DNA of 54,145 nucleotides from a virus (taxonomy: Duplodnaviria > Caudoviricetes), in IMG/VR virus record IMGVR_UViG_3300043754_000035, positions 1 to 54,145 of that record, one strand, 5' to 3'. Made by a program: the position numbers and the translations under genes. Below the pieces are notes generated by a model, which did no database searches, was not told the DNA's origin, and saw only the letters and a program-made list of their open reading frames with translations. Shown here one piece after another: positions 36,064 to 46,043 of this stretch. Positions within the stretch are counted from its first letter, which is position 1. Each line of letters starts with the position of its first letter.

Positions 36064-36312
36064 ATGGCAGCCCTGTCCGTCACACCCAGCAAGCCCCCGA
36101 GGAGCGGGACTTCGGTCCGCTACCACAAGCCGGGGGAGGCCGCCGCCCTGCTCAAGGTCGGTGAGAGGTGGCTCCGCGACGGCGCGAACCACCACGGCTT
36201 CCCGCACAGCCGGCCCGGCAAGTGGCTGGTGTTCTCCGACGACGACCTCGCCGTGATCTACGAGATGTTCCGCGTCCCGGCGCGCGTCGTCCGACGCGGC
36301 CGCGCCGCCTGA
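36064..36312 (+). CDS. Excisionase-like HTH (MerR/HTH_17 type)
   Basis: Y.P.EAAALL.V.ERWLR...FPH.R.GK.L.FS..DL. Confidence 0.75.
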   Translation: MAALSVTPSKPPRSGTSVRYHKPGEAAALLKVGERWLRDGANHHGFPHSRPGKWLVFSDDDLAVIYEMFRVPARVVRRGRAA

Positions 36313-36393
36313 CCCACATCACATGGGCGGGCCGCCCCCGGATTGCGACCCCAGGGGACGACCCCAGCCCCACCCACAGCGAAAGGAGGGGCC

Positions 36394-36732
36394 GTGAGCA
36401 TTCAGCCTAGCCCCACCAGCACCAACCAGGACCACCAGATCCGCTCGTCCGCAGGCCCGTTGACGGCCGCGCTGACGCTGGCCCGGGAGTTCCCGCACCT
36501 GCCGGCCACGTCGCTGTCGGCGACGAGTCGCGAGGTGACGGTCCACCTGTCCGACGCCGATGCCGACGCGTTCCCCCTGTGGGTGGCCGCGCTGGAGCTG
36601 GAGGAGTGGCAGCCCGTGTCGTACGAGCACGGGGGCAACTCGCGGCGGTTCCGGATGGCGTCGGGTGACTACGCCGAGGTTCGGGTCTACGTGCAGGCGT
36701 ACGCGCCGGCCGCTGAGGCGGTGGCGGCGTGA
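36394..36732 (+). CDS. Hypothetical protein
   Basis: AAGGAGG RBS, GTG. Confidence 0.7.
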   Translation: MSIQPSPTSTNQDHQIRSSAGPLTAALTLAREFPHLPATSLSATSREVTVHLSDADADAFPLWVAALELEEWQPVSYEHGGNSRRFRMASGDYAEVRVYVQAYAPAAEAVAA

Positions 36733-36899
36733 GCGTCGAAACGCAGCCGCTCCCGGTGCGGGAGAAGTACAGCGAGGCCGAGCTCGCGGTGTTCGAGCAG
36801 TGGCTCGACGAGCACGGTGAACCGCAGGACTGGTCGGAGGACGTCCGGCACAACTACGCGGCGACGATCGCCCACATGCGCTGGCAGGGGACGATCTGA
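36729..36899 (+). CDS. Hypothetical protein (56 aa)
   Basis: GTGA and TGATG overlaps. Confidence 0.6.
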   Translation: MSVETQPLPVREKYSEAELAVFEQWLDEHGEPQDWSEDVRHNYAATIAHMRWQGTI

Positions 36900-37330
36900 T
36901 GACCATCGAGAACCCGGTCGCCCGCCGCGCGGCCATCCTGATCAGCAACACCACGGGTACGCCGGAGGAGATCGCCGCCGCGCTGGACGCGGCTGGGATG
37001 CTCGCCCGTCCGGCGGTTGAGGTGGCGGGCCCGTACCCGCTGTGGGTGCACCCGACCGGTCTGGGTGTCGCGATCGATGCGCATCCGCTGTTCGCCGCGC
37101 TGATCCGGGCGCTCGCCCGTGAGTCGGCCGAGGCCTCGGAGGAGATCGCCGAGGAGCTGCAGGCCATCGACGAGGCCTCGGGTCCGGCGCAGGACGCCCT
37201 GATCGAGGTCATGTCGGATCGCCTCGGCGGCACGCAGGCCCGCTACGGCATGACCGCGGCCCGGCACTTGGCGGAGACCGTGCTCCGCATGGTCGGGATC
37301 GCCTTCCCCCACCAGCGAAAGGCGGCCTGA
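36899..37330 (+). CDS. Hypothetical protein
   Basis: Tightly packed ORF. Confidence 0.7.
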   Translation: MTIENPVARRAAILISNTTGTPEEIAAALDAAGMLARPAVEVAGPYPLWVHPTGLGVAIDAHPLFAALIRALARESAEASEEIAEELQAIDEASGPAQDALIEVMSDRLGGTQARYGMTAARHLAETVLRMVGIAFPHQRKAA

Positions 37331-37331
37331 C

Positions 37332-37688
37332 ATGCCGTGGATCACGAAGAAGGCGCTCGCGGAGCTGTCCGCATCGATGAAACGGCTACGTCATGACGTG
37401 AAGGCGGCCAACACCGACAACGCGGACCTCGCCGCCCGGGCCACGGCCGAGCAGCGTCGCGCTGACACAGCCGAGGCCGCGCTCGTCACCACTCGCGAGG
37501 CCGTGACCGCCGGGCATCGGGAGCTCCTGAGGCGACTCGACGACCTCACCCGCGAGAACGGCCGCCTCACCCGCGACCGCGATGGCCTGCGGCAGCAGCT
37601 CGACCACGCGCTCGGCTACGGCGCGACGGAGCTCGCGGCGATCGAGGCCGGCAAGACGAAGCCGCGCGAGACCGCGGCAGCGCAGTGA
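37332..37688 (+). CDS. Coiled-coil hypothetical protein
   Basis: Heptad-like composition. Confidence 0.7.
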   Translation: MPWITKKALAELSASMKRLRHDVKAANTDNADLAARATAEQRRADTAEAALVTTREAVTAGHRELLRRLDDLTRENGRLTRDRDGLRQQLDHALGYGATELAAIEAGKTKPRETAAAQ

Positions 37689-37746
37689 CCACCCACCACC
37701 TGGCCGGGGCCGACCGTGCCCCGGCCGCCACACCGGAGACCACCCG

Positions 37747-39015
37747 ATGAGCACCTTCACCTTCGCCCCGGCGACCCGCGAACAGGCCAAGGCCCGCATC
37801 GCGCTGGCCGGTCCGTCCGGGGCTGGCAAGACCTACACCGCGCTGGCCATGGCGACGGCCATGGTCGACCGCGTCGCCCTCATTGACACCGAGCGCGGAT
37901 CGGCGTCGAAGTACGCGGCAGGAAAGTCCGGCCACGGCTTCGCGTTCGACACGCTCCAGATGCACAAGTTCGACCCTCGGGACCTGGTCAGCGCACTCGC
38001 CGCGGCGGGTGCGGCCGGGTACGGCGCCGTCATCGTCGACTCCTTGTCGCACTTCTGGATGGGGACCGGCGGCATGCTCGAACTGGTCGACGCCATCGGC
38101 AAGCGGTCCGGTGGCGGAGGCAACTGGGGCGGCTGGAAGGACGCGAGGCCGTTCGAGCGGGCGATGATCGAGGCTCTGCTCGCCTACCCCGGGCACGTCA
38201 TCGTCACGATGCGCACGAAGTCCGAGTGGGTCATCGAGGAGGATGCGCGCGGAAAGAAGCAGCCGAAGAAGATCGGCACCAAGGCCGAGCAGCGCGAGGG
38301 CATCGAGTACGAGTTCGACATCGTGGGTGACCTCGACCTCGAGAACACCCTGGTCGTGTCGAAGTCCCGGTGCCCGGAGCTGTCCGGCGCGGTGGTCAAT
38401 CGCCCTGGCGTAGACATGGCGGCCACGGTCCTCGCGTGGCTGCAGGACGGCACTGAGGTTCCGGAGCTCGCCGACCTGGTGGACGAGGCCATCGCGGATG
38501 AGCTGACTTACCAGGGCGCCCTGGCGCTGCACGCGAAGGCGGAGCGGCACCGCATGCTCGGCGGCGCGATCCTGCACCCCGTCACCGCAGCGCCGACAAC
38601 GCTCGGGGAGTTCATCATCGAGCGCGGCCGTTCCCTGCGCGCCGCCCAGGCCCGACCGTCCGCTCCGACCCCGCGCCAGCAGCCGACCGACCACGAGGTG
38701 GCTCTGGCTGCTGCCTCCGGTTACCACGCGGTCGAGAAGGACGCGGCTCGGGTAACGGATGAGCGGATCGCTGCCGAACGGCAGGCCCTGGTGCATCCGC
38801 TCCGCTCGGTGCCCTCGGGTCACGCGTCGACCGCTGACACCGCGCCCGACGAGAGCCTGCGCACTGCGCTGGACGAACTCCGCGCCGTCGCCGTCGCGAA
38901 GGGCTTCGCCGCCACCCTCGACGTCGACTTCCAGTCCTCGTACGGCGTCAAGCCCACCGAGGCCAGCCTCGACCAGCTCCGCGAAGCCACCGAGATGATC
39001 CGCGCCGCCGCCTGA
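37747..39015 (+). CDS. Sak4-like AAA ATPase (recombination)
   Basis: GPSGAGKT, IDTERGSA, IVDSLSH.W, TMR.K.E, QREG.EYEFD, KSR. Confidence 0.85.
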   Translation: MSTFTFAPATREQAKARIALAGPSGAGKTYTALAMATAMVDRVALIDTERGSASKYAAGKSGHGFAFDTLQMHKFDPRDLVSALAAAGAAGYGAVIVDSLSHFWMGTGGMLELVDAIGKRSGGGGNWGGWKDARPFERAMIEALLAYPGHVIVTMRTKSEWVIEEDARGKKQPKKIGTKAEQREGIEYEFDIVGDLDLENTLVVSKSRCPELSGAVVNRPGVDMAATVLAWLQDGTEVPELADLVDEAIADELTYQGALALHAKAERHRMLGGAILHPVTAAPTTLGEFIIERGRSLRAAQARPSAPTPRQQPTDHEVALAAASGYHAVEKDAARVTDERIAAERQALVHPLRSVPSGHASTADTAPDESLRTALDELRAVAVAKGFAATLDVDFQSSYGVKPTEASLDQLREATEMIRAAA

Positions 39016-39086
39016 CCGACCCGCGCACCACGGGCCGTCCCTGCCCAAATCAGGGGCGGCCCGCACACCACAGGAGACCACGACCC

Positions 39087-39617
39087 ATGAGCATGCAGGA
39101 AGCGGCCACGAGAGAAGCGGTTCTCAAGGCTCTGCACGACGAGATCGGCGACCGGCTCAAGGCCGTGCGCGCGGAGATGCAGGGCCACCTGGACGACACG
39201 ACTGGTGTCCGGCAGGTCGCTGCCGCACTTCCGGACGGAACGCTGATCGCGAAGATCTCGCTGACCGACCCATCGCCGACCGCGACCGTCGTCGACGTCG
39301 ACGCGTACACCGCGTGGGTCCGCGACCACCACCCTGCTGGCAAGGACAACATCGTCCGGCGGGTCGTCACCGAGGTCCGCCACGCGTTCACCACCGTCCT
39401 CCTCGGCGAATTGACCGCCGCCGGGGTCCCACAGTGGTGCAACCCCGAGACCGGCGAGCTGCATGACGTGCCCGGCGTCGAGATCCGCGCCACCCGGGCC
39501 CGCTCGCACTCGGTGCGGTTCGAGAAGACCGGCAAGCAGCTCGTCGCCGAAGCGTGGCAGGCCGGCCAGCTCAATCACATCGCCCTGCCCGAGCTCGCTG
39601 CCGGAGGAGATCAGTGA
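39087..39617 (+). CDS. Hypothetical protein
   Basis: AGGAG RBS; ETGE..DVPGV motif. Confidence 0.75.
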   Translation: MSMQEAATREAVLKALHDEIGDRLKAVRAEMQGHLDDTTGVRQVAAALPDGTLIAKISLTDPSPTATVVDVDAYTAWVRDHHPAGKDNIVRRVVTEVRHAFTTVLLGELTAAGVPQWCNPETGELHDVPGVEIRATRARSHSVRFEKTGKQLVAEAWQAGQLNHIALPELAAGGDQ

Positions 39618-40396
39618 ACATCGTCCCCTACACCTTCCCGAAAACCGGTTCTCCGGTGCGGGTCGTGAGCGTTGACGGCGAACCGTGGTTCGTTGCGACC
39701 GACGTGTGTGCGGTGCTGGAGATCGGCAACCCGCGCCAGGCGGTCAGCTATCTGGACGACGACGAGGTGCAACAGGAACCCGTCACCACTAATGACGGGT
39801 CCGGGCGGGTCCTCCTGACGAACATCGTCTCTGAGCCGGGCCTGTACTCGCTGATCCTGAGGTCCCGGAAGCCGCAGGCTCGGGCGTTCAAGCGGTGGAT
39901 CACCCACGACGTGATCCCGGCGATCCGTCGAACTGGCCAGTACGAGGCCGCCCCGCAGGTGCCACAGTCCCTGCCCGAGGCTCTCCGGGCATACGCCGAC
40001 GAGGTCGAGGCCCACCAGGAGACTCGGGCCCGCGTCGCTGAGCTGGAGCCCGCAGCTCACTCCTGGAATGTCCTGGCGGACGCCGCCGGCGACTACTCGT
40101 TGCGGGATGCAGCGCACATCCTCAACCGGGACCCGAACATCACCACCGGTCAGAACCGGCTGATGACGACGCTCCGCGAGCTGGAAATGATCGACCGCAA
40201 GGGCGTGCCGTACGCGCGGCACAGCACGCACCTGACGGAGCGTCTTCGCTCATACGAACACCCGCACACTGGTGAGGCCGTCCTGGGGCGCCCGCAGATC
40301 CGGGTGACGGTCGCGGGCCTGCAGTACCTGCACAAGCGGCTCGGCGGCGTCGCCCCGCTCCGCTTCCTCCAGCTTCCCCTGGACGGTGCGGCGTGA
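39614..40396 (+). CDS. BRO-N / ANT(KilAC) antirepressor
   Basis: DGEPWFVA.DVC..L.I.N, SEPGLYSLILRSRKP.A..FKRWIT..V.P.IR.TG.Y, P.SLPEALR. Confidence 0.9.
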   Translation: MNIVPYTFPKTGSPVRVVSVDGEPWFVATDVCAVLEIGNPRQAVSYLDDDEVQQEPVTTNDGSGRVLLTNIVSEPGLYSLILRSRKPQARAFKRWITHDVIPAIRRTGQYEAAPQVPQSLPEALRAYADEVEAHQETRARVAELEPAAHSWNVLADAAGDYSLRDAAHILNRDPNITTGQNRLMTTLRELEMIDRKGVPYARHSTHLTERLRSYEHPHTGEAVLGRPQIRVTVAGLQYLHKRLGGVAPLRFLQLPLDGAA

Positions 40397-41145
40397 GCTG
40401 GCACCTCGGCACGTTTGCCGCCTTCGACGTCGAGAGCAGTGGTTTGTCCGTTGAGGCGGACCGGATCGTGACCGCGTCGGTCCAGATCATTGGCGCCCAG
40501 ACCGCAGTTGACCCCGAGGACGAGCCGCGCCGCTGGCTGAGCGTCACCCCGTACGAGTGGCTCTCCGACGCTGACGGCGTGGAAATCCCGGAGGCGGCCA
40601 GCAAGGTGCACGGGATCACGACGGCGGTGGCCCGCGCGAAGGGCCGCCCCGCGGCCCGGGTCGTCAAGGAGATCGGCATCGTCCTCGCGGAGCAGGTCGC
40701 CGCCGGGGTCCCGCTGGTCATCATGAACGCCCCGTTCGACCTGACGATGCTCGACCGCGAGCTCCAGCAGCACGGCTGCGAGCCGCTCGCCGTGCAGGCC
40801 GGCCGGGAGCCGCTCGTCGTCGACCCGCTGGTTCTCGACAAGGCCGCGGACAAGTACCGGCCAGGGAGGCGCAACCTCGGCGTCCTGTGCGAGCACTACG
40901 GCGTCGAGCTGACCGCCGCGCACACCGCTGGCGCGGATGCCCGCGCTGCCGCGCAGGTCGCGGTCGCCATCGCCGAGCGCTACCCGGCCCTGCAGGTCGA
41001 CGCCAGCCAGCTGCACACGTGGCAGCAGGGCTGGGCCAGGCAGCAGGCCGCCAGTCTCCGCGAGTACCTCGCGGCAAGGGGACGCGACGCGTCCACCGTC
41101 CACGGCCACTGGCCGCTCATCCCACGCCAGGGAGGCACCTCGTGA
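40393..41145 (+). CDS. DnaQ-like 3'-5' exonuclease
   Basis: FDVESSG, VHGIT, NAPFD, AHTAGADA. Confidence 0.9.
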   Translation: MSWHLGTFAAFDVESSGLSVEADRIVTASVQIIGAQTAVDPEDEPRRWLSVTPYEWLSDADGVEIPEAASKVHGITTAVARAKGRPAARVVKEIGIVLAEQVAAGVPLVIMNAPFDLTMLDRELQQHGCEPLAVQAGREPLVVDPLVLDKAADKYRPGRRNLGVLCEHYGVELTAAHTAGADARAAAQVAVAIAERYPALQVDASQLHTWQQGWARQQAASLREYLAARGRDASTVHGHWPLIPRQGGTS

Positions 41146-41966
41146 CCCGAACCACCATCCAGCCCGTACCGCACGGTGACCACCGCTGCTACTGGCGCGG
41201 CTGCCGCCGCCCCGAGTGCACCCGGGCCGCCACCGCCCGCAACAGGCTGAACGAGCACCTCCGGCAGACAGGTCGTGGTCAGACCTGCCCGCCCGACCGC
41301 GCCGCAAAGCACATCACCGCATTGCGGGAGGCTGGCATGGCCGACGCCGAGATCGAGAACGCGGCCCGAATCCACAACCGGCAGCTGTACGAGATCGTCG
41401 CACGTCGGCACAGCATTCGGCGCGCTACGGAGCGCAGGATCCTTGCCGTCGCGGTGAGGCGGCTGGAGGTGCCAGCCAACGACTCCCGGGTGAGCGGCGT
41501 CGGTACTTCCCGGCGGATGCAGGCGATGGTGGCCGCTGGCTGGCCACCGGTGGCACTGGCCGCACGATTGAAGATCCCACAGAACCACGTATGCCGACTC
41601 TTTCGGCCGGATCGGCGTGTGGCCCTGGGGACAGCGTTGAAGGTCCGGACGTTGTTCGCGGAAGCATGGGCGCAGAAGCCCGAGGACCACGGCGTTCTGC
41701 CGCACATGGCCCGCCGGGCGCGGAACTTGGCAGCCCGGAACGGGTGGCACCCGGCTGCTGTTTGGGACAACTTCGACGACCCGGCGGAGGAAGCGAAGTA
41801 CGGCGAGCACGTCTCGCGGGTGCAGGCGATCGTCGAGGACACCGCCGAGCTGATCCGCGAGGGCCTGTCGCCGGAGGGCGTCGAGATGCGCCTCGCGATC
41901 AAGTGGGAGTCGATCCGCCGCGCGCACCTGCGGGCTGGCGTCCTGGTGCCGGAGGTGGCCGCGTGA
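41142..41966 (+). CDS. Zn-finger/HTH DNA-binding protein
   Basis: HG...Y..GCR..EC; GT.RR.QA.VA.GW...LA.RL. Confidence 0.75.
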   Translation: MTRTTIQPVPHGDHRCYWRGCRRPECTRAATARNRLNEHLRQTGRGQTCPPDRAAKHITALREAGMADAEIENAARIHNRQLYEIVARRHSIRRATERRILAVAVRRLEVPANDSRVSGVGTSRRMQAMVAAGWPPVALAARLKIPQNHVCRLFRPDRRVALGTALKVRTLFAEAWAQKPEDHGVLPHMARRARNLAARNGWHPAAVWDNFDDPAEEAKYGEHVSRVQAIVEDTAELIREGLSPEGVEMRLAIKWESIRRAHLRAGVLVPEVAA

Positions 41967-42418
41967 ACGCCACCGAGCGAGGGGATCTCGCCGAGCGTCT
42001 CCTGCCGATCGCCGCCGGGCTGGCGTGCGTTGTGCACGGCGACGGCGACCGGCGCGATGTCGCCCGGACCCTCGCCGAGCTCGACCAGGCCGAACGAGAC
42101 GCACTGATCGTCGTCCTAGCTGGCCTCGTCAACCCAGACACCACGGTGGCCAACGCACTCGGATACGTCACCTGGGACGAGCACGGCCGGAGCGCCACGC
42201 CGACGGGGCGCCAGGAAACGCTGCGAGACATCGCAAGCGACGAAAGCACCGCTCACGGACGGCTCTCCCGCGTCGCCGCGATCGTCGAGGACACGGCCGA
42301 ACTCGCCGCCCAAGGGGTACCCCGCGCGGTGATCGCTGCTCGACTCGGCATCGCCTGGAACTCCGTGCAGATCGCGCACTCTCGTGCCGGCGTGGCCGTC
42401 CCGGGGTGTGCGGCATGA
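41963..42418 (+). CDS. Hypothetical protein with C-terminal HTH
   Basis: C-terminus paralogous to that of 41142-41966. Confidence 0.7.
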   Translation: MNATERGDLAERLLPIAAGLACVVHGDGDRRDVARTLAELDQAERDALIVVLAGLVNPDTTVANALGYVTWDEHGRSATPTGRQETLRDIASDESTAHGRLSRVAAIVEDTAELAAQGVPRAVIAARLGIAWNSVQIAHSRAGVAVPGCAA

Positions 42419-42711
42419 GCGGGCGCCGGAGCGAGCAATGGGAGAACCGAGCGATCTGCCGGACGGCAGAGCCGAGGCCCAATCCGCGCCTGTTCTTCCC
42501 CGACGGCGCCGTTGGCCAAGCTGCTGCAGCCTCCTACCGGGTGGCGAAGGAGTGGTGCGAGATCTGCCCGGTACGGGCGGCCTGCCTGGCGGCGGCAATG
42601 ACTCGCGAGGGCTCCGCGACGGCGAAGGAACGCTGGGGCGTGTGGGGCGGCCTCGACCCGTCCGAGCGCTTCGCGCTGTACAAGCGCCAGGCCGCGGAGT
42701 GTGCGGCATGA
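42415..42711 (+). CDS. whiB: WhiB-family Fe-S transcription factor
   Basis: W...A.C, LFFP, AK..C..CPV...CL, WGVWGG. Confidence 0.92.
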   Translation: MSGRRSEQWENRAICRTAEPRPNPRLFFPDGAVGQAAAASYRVAKEWCEICPVRAACLAAAMTREGSATAKERWGVWGGLDPSERFALYKRQAAECAA

Positions 42712-42893
42712 CCGAGGCGACCGACCACGTCAGCACGTGGGAAACCCGCATCCCGCCGACCACACCCGAGCAGCGCGACGCGGCCCGGCGGTACGTCGCC
42801 AGCAGGGCCCGCGACGCGGACGACGCGGCGCTCCTGCTGGACGCGCTGGGCCTCGCGCCAGCCGCCAACGAGCCGCGCCACAGCAACGCCTGA
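42708..42893 (+). CDS. Hypothetical protein
   Basis: ATGA overlap; A.D..DA..LLD.LGL. Confidence 0.65.
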   Translation: MTEATDHVSTWETRIPPTTPEQRDAARRYVASRARDADDAALLLDALGLAPAANEPRHSNA

Positions 42894-42988
42894 CGGCGCG
42901 CCCCTGACGGCCCGTGGCGGGACTGGCCGCGAGCCTCCCGCCATGGGCGACCAACCACCGACCGCACCAGCCGAGAGAAGAGCCGCAC

Positions 42989-43909
42989 ATGGCCGAGAAG
43001 GACCGGCGCACTTACGTCCGTGTCCACGACGGGCTGACAGACCACCCGAAGATCATCGAGGTGGGCGGGGAGGCCGCGTGGCTATACATCAGCGCGCTCT
43101 GCTACTCGTCTCGTCAGCTGACCGACGGCCTTGTTCCGAAGCGACTGATCCGCCGGCTAACCGACCTAAGCAACCCTGAAGCACTTGCTTCGGCACTGCT
43201 TCGCGTTGGCTTGCTTCACGACGGCGAACACGACTGCCCGCGATGCCCAGCCGGAGGGTCCGATGTCTACGTCGTGCACGACTATCTCGAGCACCAGCGG
43301 TCCGCTTCCGAGGTTGCCGCACTGCGCGAGAAGCGCTCCGCCGCAGGCCAGAGGGGTGGCAAGCGCTCTGGCGAGTCCCGTCGGGCCGCCTCGAAGAACG
43401 AAGCAAACGACGAAGCACTTGCTTCGGATTTGCTGAAGCAAACGCGAACCAAAACCGAAGCAGAGACAGAGACAGAGACAGAGAGAGAAGAAGTACTACG
43501 TACTTCTTCAACCGCGCGCCGCAAGGCCAGCCACGACGCTCCTCCTCGGGCCGACGTCGAACGCATCTGCCGCGCCCTCGCCGACGCCGTGGAAGCCAAC
43601 GGCTCCAAACGCCCTGCCATCACCGACCGCTGGCGCACATCCGCCCGGCTCCTCCTCGACAAGGACGGTCGCACCGTCGAGCAGGTACTCGGAGCCATCG
43701 AGTGGTCTCAGTCCTCCGACTTCTGGCGCGGAGTTGTCCTGTCGATGCCGAAACTCCGCGACAAGTACGACCAGATGCGCCTCCAAGCACAACGCGGCCA
43801 CGCCCTCGCCGCCACCGGCACCAGCGGCCCCCACTCGTCCACCACCGACCAGCGCGTCCAGGCCGCTCTCGACCTCGCCGCCCGATACGCCCGAGAGGAG
43901 AACGCCTGA
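42989..43909 (+). CDS. Replication initiator
   Basis: DHPK, QLTDG.VP, HDYLEHQ.S; C-terminal FW...VLSM.KLR.KYDQ; internal iterons; followed by loader. Confidence 0.8.
   Translation: MAEKDRRTYVRVHDGLTDHPKIIEVGGEAAWLYISALCYSSRQLTDGLVPKRLIRRLTDLSNPEALASALLRVGLLHDGEHDCPRCPAGGSDVYVVHDYLEHQRSASEVAALREKRSAAGQRGGKRSGESRRAASKNEANDEALASDLLKQTRTKTEAETETETEREEVLRTSSTARRKASHDAPPRADVERICRALADAVEANGSKRPAITDRWRTSARLLLDKDGRTVEQVLGAIEWSQSSDFWRGVVLSMPKLRDKYDQMRLQAQRGHALAATGTSGPHSSTTDQRVQAALDLAARYAREENA
43178..43495. repeat. Iteron-like repeats / probable replication origin inside initiator gene
   Basis: GAAGCACTTGCTTCGG at 43178 and 43412, GAAGCAAACG at 43400 and 43435, purine-rich CAGAGA run from 43461. Confidence 0.65.
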
Positions 43910-44448
43910 TGAACCGCTCCGAGACCGCCCTCCTGCTCGCCCTGTGCGCCTCGTTCGACCGCCGCACTGTCGGCGACGCGGACGTACGGGCCTGGCAGAC
44001 CGTCCTCGCCAGCATCGACTACGAGCAGGCCAACGAGGCCGTCCTTGCCCACTACGCCGAAAGCCGCGACTGGATCATGCCCGCCGACATCCGGCAGCGC
44101 GTCCGCAAGGCCCGCGCCGTAGCTCTCGAGGACTTCCAGTACGAGCCTGTCGACCCGGACGAGACGCCGCAGCAGTACCTTGCGAACCGCCGCCGCCAGA
44201 TGCGGGCCGTTGCCAGCGGCGAGCGCCCGCCGGTCGCTCCGGCGCTTCCTGCCTCACGCCGGCCGCTCGAACTGGCTGCCGTCGGCCAACTACCCGCCGA
44301 GCAGCCGACCGCGCGCGACATCGGCCCGCGCGGCATCCGCTGCCCGATCTGCGGCGCCCAGCCCGGCAAGTCCTGCAAGACCGCGGTCTTCGGTCGCCGG
44401 AAGGCCGACGTTCACCCTTCCCGCCTCGATGCATACAGGAGTGCCTGA
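43909..44448 (+). CDS. Probable helicase loader with C-terminal Zn finger
   Basis: LL.....FD.R......AW...L......A..AV..HY....WIMPADI; CP.C.A.PG..C...HPSR. Confidence 0.7.
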   Translation: MNRSETALLLALCASFDRRTVGDADVRAWQTVLASIDYEQANEAVLAHYAESRDWIMPADIRQRVRKARAVALEDFQYEPVDPDETPQQYLANRRRQMRAVASGERPPVAPALPASRRPLELAAVGQLPAEQPTARDIGPRGIRCPICGAQPGKSCKTAVFGRRKADVHPSRLDAYRSA

Positions 44449-44636
44449 TGGGCCAGCCCATGCCAGCCGATCTCCGTGGCGGCCGCGAGAAGCCGCCCGA
44501 GTGGGCCATCCCATGCCCGGTTGCCGCCTGCCTCGCCCGTCCGGGTGCCCGCTGCACGACGCCGAAGGGCCGCCCGCTCACCACGGGTAGCCACCCCAGC
44601 CGCCTCGACGCGTGGCTCCTCCGCAAGGCCGCCTGA
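44448..44636 (+). CDS. Small Zn-finger protein
   Basis: CP...C.A.PG..C...HPSRLDA. Confidence 0.7.
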   Translation: MGQPMPADLRGGREKPPEWAIPCPVAACLARPGARCTTPKGRPLTTGSHPSRLDAWLLRKAA

Positions 44637-44703
44637 GCGCCCGCAGACGCCACGCACGCCGCATCACCCACACCACCCGCCACACGCCCCGTAGGAGCTC
44701 GCC

Positions 44704-45225
44704 ATGACCCATCCCACCGCCTTCAACCCCGCGCACGTCGCGGACGGGCACGCCATGCCCGACAACGAACCGGCCGTGATCGACCTGCAGCAGTACGCCG
44801 TCGTCTTCGACTGCCCCGACACGGACCGTCGCCACGTCTGGGGCCCGTTCGTCGACCTGGGCACGGCCACCAAGTTCGCCGAGTTCGCGACCGCCGAGGT
44901 CGACCCCGCCCACGTGACCACCTTGGCCGAGGCCATGGCACGGCCCGACGTGCGCCTCCTCGACCCGGTCGCCGAACTGCTGGCGTGGCGGATGTCCGTG
45001 GCGCTTCAGGCGCGTCTCGACGGCCTCCAGCGCGCCATGGCCGCACCGCTGCCCGGCGAGGGCCTGGTCGCCGCTGGGAAGGCGGCTGACCGGGCCATGG
45101 CGGAGCGCATTCACCGCGGCCGCCCTGGTGTGCCTCTGCATCACGTCTTCGCGGTGCTGGAGAGCCTCCGCGTGATCAACCGGCTCGACGCCGCCGCCCG
45201 CGCGACCACCGCCCAGGAGGGCTGA
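44704..45225 (+). CDS. Hypothetical protein
   Basis: AGGAG RBS. Confidence 0.7.
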   Translation: MTHPTAFNPAHVADGHAMPDNEPAVIDLQQYAVVFDCPDTDRRHVWGPFVDLGTATKFAEFATAEVDPAHVTTLAEAMARPDVRLLDPVAELLAWRMSVALQARLDGLQRAMAAPLPGEGLVAAGKAADRAMAERIHRGRPGVPLHHVFAVLESLRVINRLDAAARATTAQEG

Positions 45226-45228
45226 CGC

Positions 45229-45645
45229 ATGACCGACATCGCCACGTCGCCCCACCTGTGGGAGACCGACCACCCGTACTACTGCAGCGAAGGCAACTAC
45301 TACGTCTCCGGGCACCGTTGGGACGAGGTCCACACCAGCTACGACTCCTGGGCCGACTTCATCGCTGACTGGGGCGACACCGACCCCGACATGAACCTCG
45401 TCTTCCGATGGGACTGGGAGGTCCCGAACCCGGATGACTACGAGGACGGCGAGGAGATGCCGCCGGAGATTCTGCAGGTGTTCTGGGTGCTGCAGCGGAA
45501 GGCGATCCTGCGGTCCACCGAGTGCGTGGTGCGGCGCGAGGACGAGCCGGCGGTGCGGGAGTGGCTGGCCAAGCGCGCCCAGACGATCGCCGCGATCTGG
45601 GAGCCGATTCTTCCCGCCGCCTCTGCCCCGGGAGACGCCCGATGA
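45229..45645 (+). CDS. Hypothetical acidic Trp-rich protein
   Basis: GGAGG RBS; HPYYCSEG, DMNLVFRWDW. Confidence 0.75.
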   Translation: MTDIATSPHLWETDHPYYCSEGNYYVSGHRWDEVHTSYDSWADFIADWGDTDPDMNLVFRWDWEVPNPDDYEDGEEMPPEILQVFWVLQRKAILRSTECVVRREDEPAVREWLAKRAQTIAAIWEPILPAASAPGDAR

Positions 45646-46043
45646 CTGCCCCGCTCACCGACCGGCAACTCGCCAAGGTCGTCCCCGACCTCCGCGAGAC
45701 CCGCGTGGCCCTCCAGATGTTCCGCCAGGCACTCGGCTCCGACATGGGCCGCATCACCGAGGTGGTCCACCAAATCGGCCGCGGCACCGCGCCCCTCGCG
45801 AACGCCCAGCGAGAGGCCGCCATGTACCGGGCCCGGTGGGAGTCGACCGTGCTGGAGGCCAAGCGGCAGCACGCCGAAGCGGACCGGCTGCGTGCCGAAT
45901 TGGCCGACGCCCATGCCGCCCTCGACCCCGCCAGGCACCTCTGCACCACCTGCGGGCACGGGCGCATCGTCCATGCCGTTCCCGAGCCGCGCCCGTGCAT
46001 CACGTGCACGTGCCCGGCATACGCGGCGGAGGTGTCCCGGTGA
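45642..46043 (+). CDS. Hypothetical protein with C-terminal Zn finger
   Basis: C..CGH...H...C..C.C. Confidence 0.7.
   Translation: MTAPLTDRQLAKVVPDLRETRVALQMFRQALGSDMGRITEVVHQIGRGTAPLANAQREAAMYRARWESTVLEAKRQHAEADRLRAELADAHAALDPARHLCTTCGHGRIVHAVPEPRPCITCTCPAYAAEVSR

Noticed and set aside
43461-43486. CAGAGA microsatellite as a phase-variation tract
   Set aside because: The 6-bp unit keeps frame (ETETETE linker) and fits better as part of the origin region
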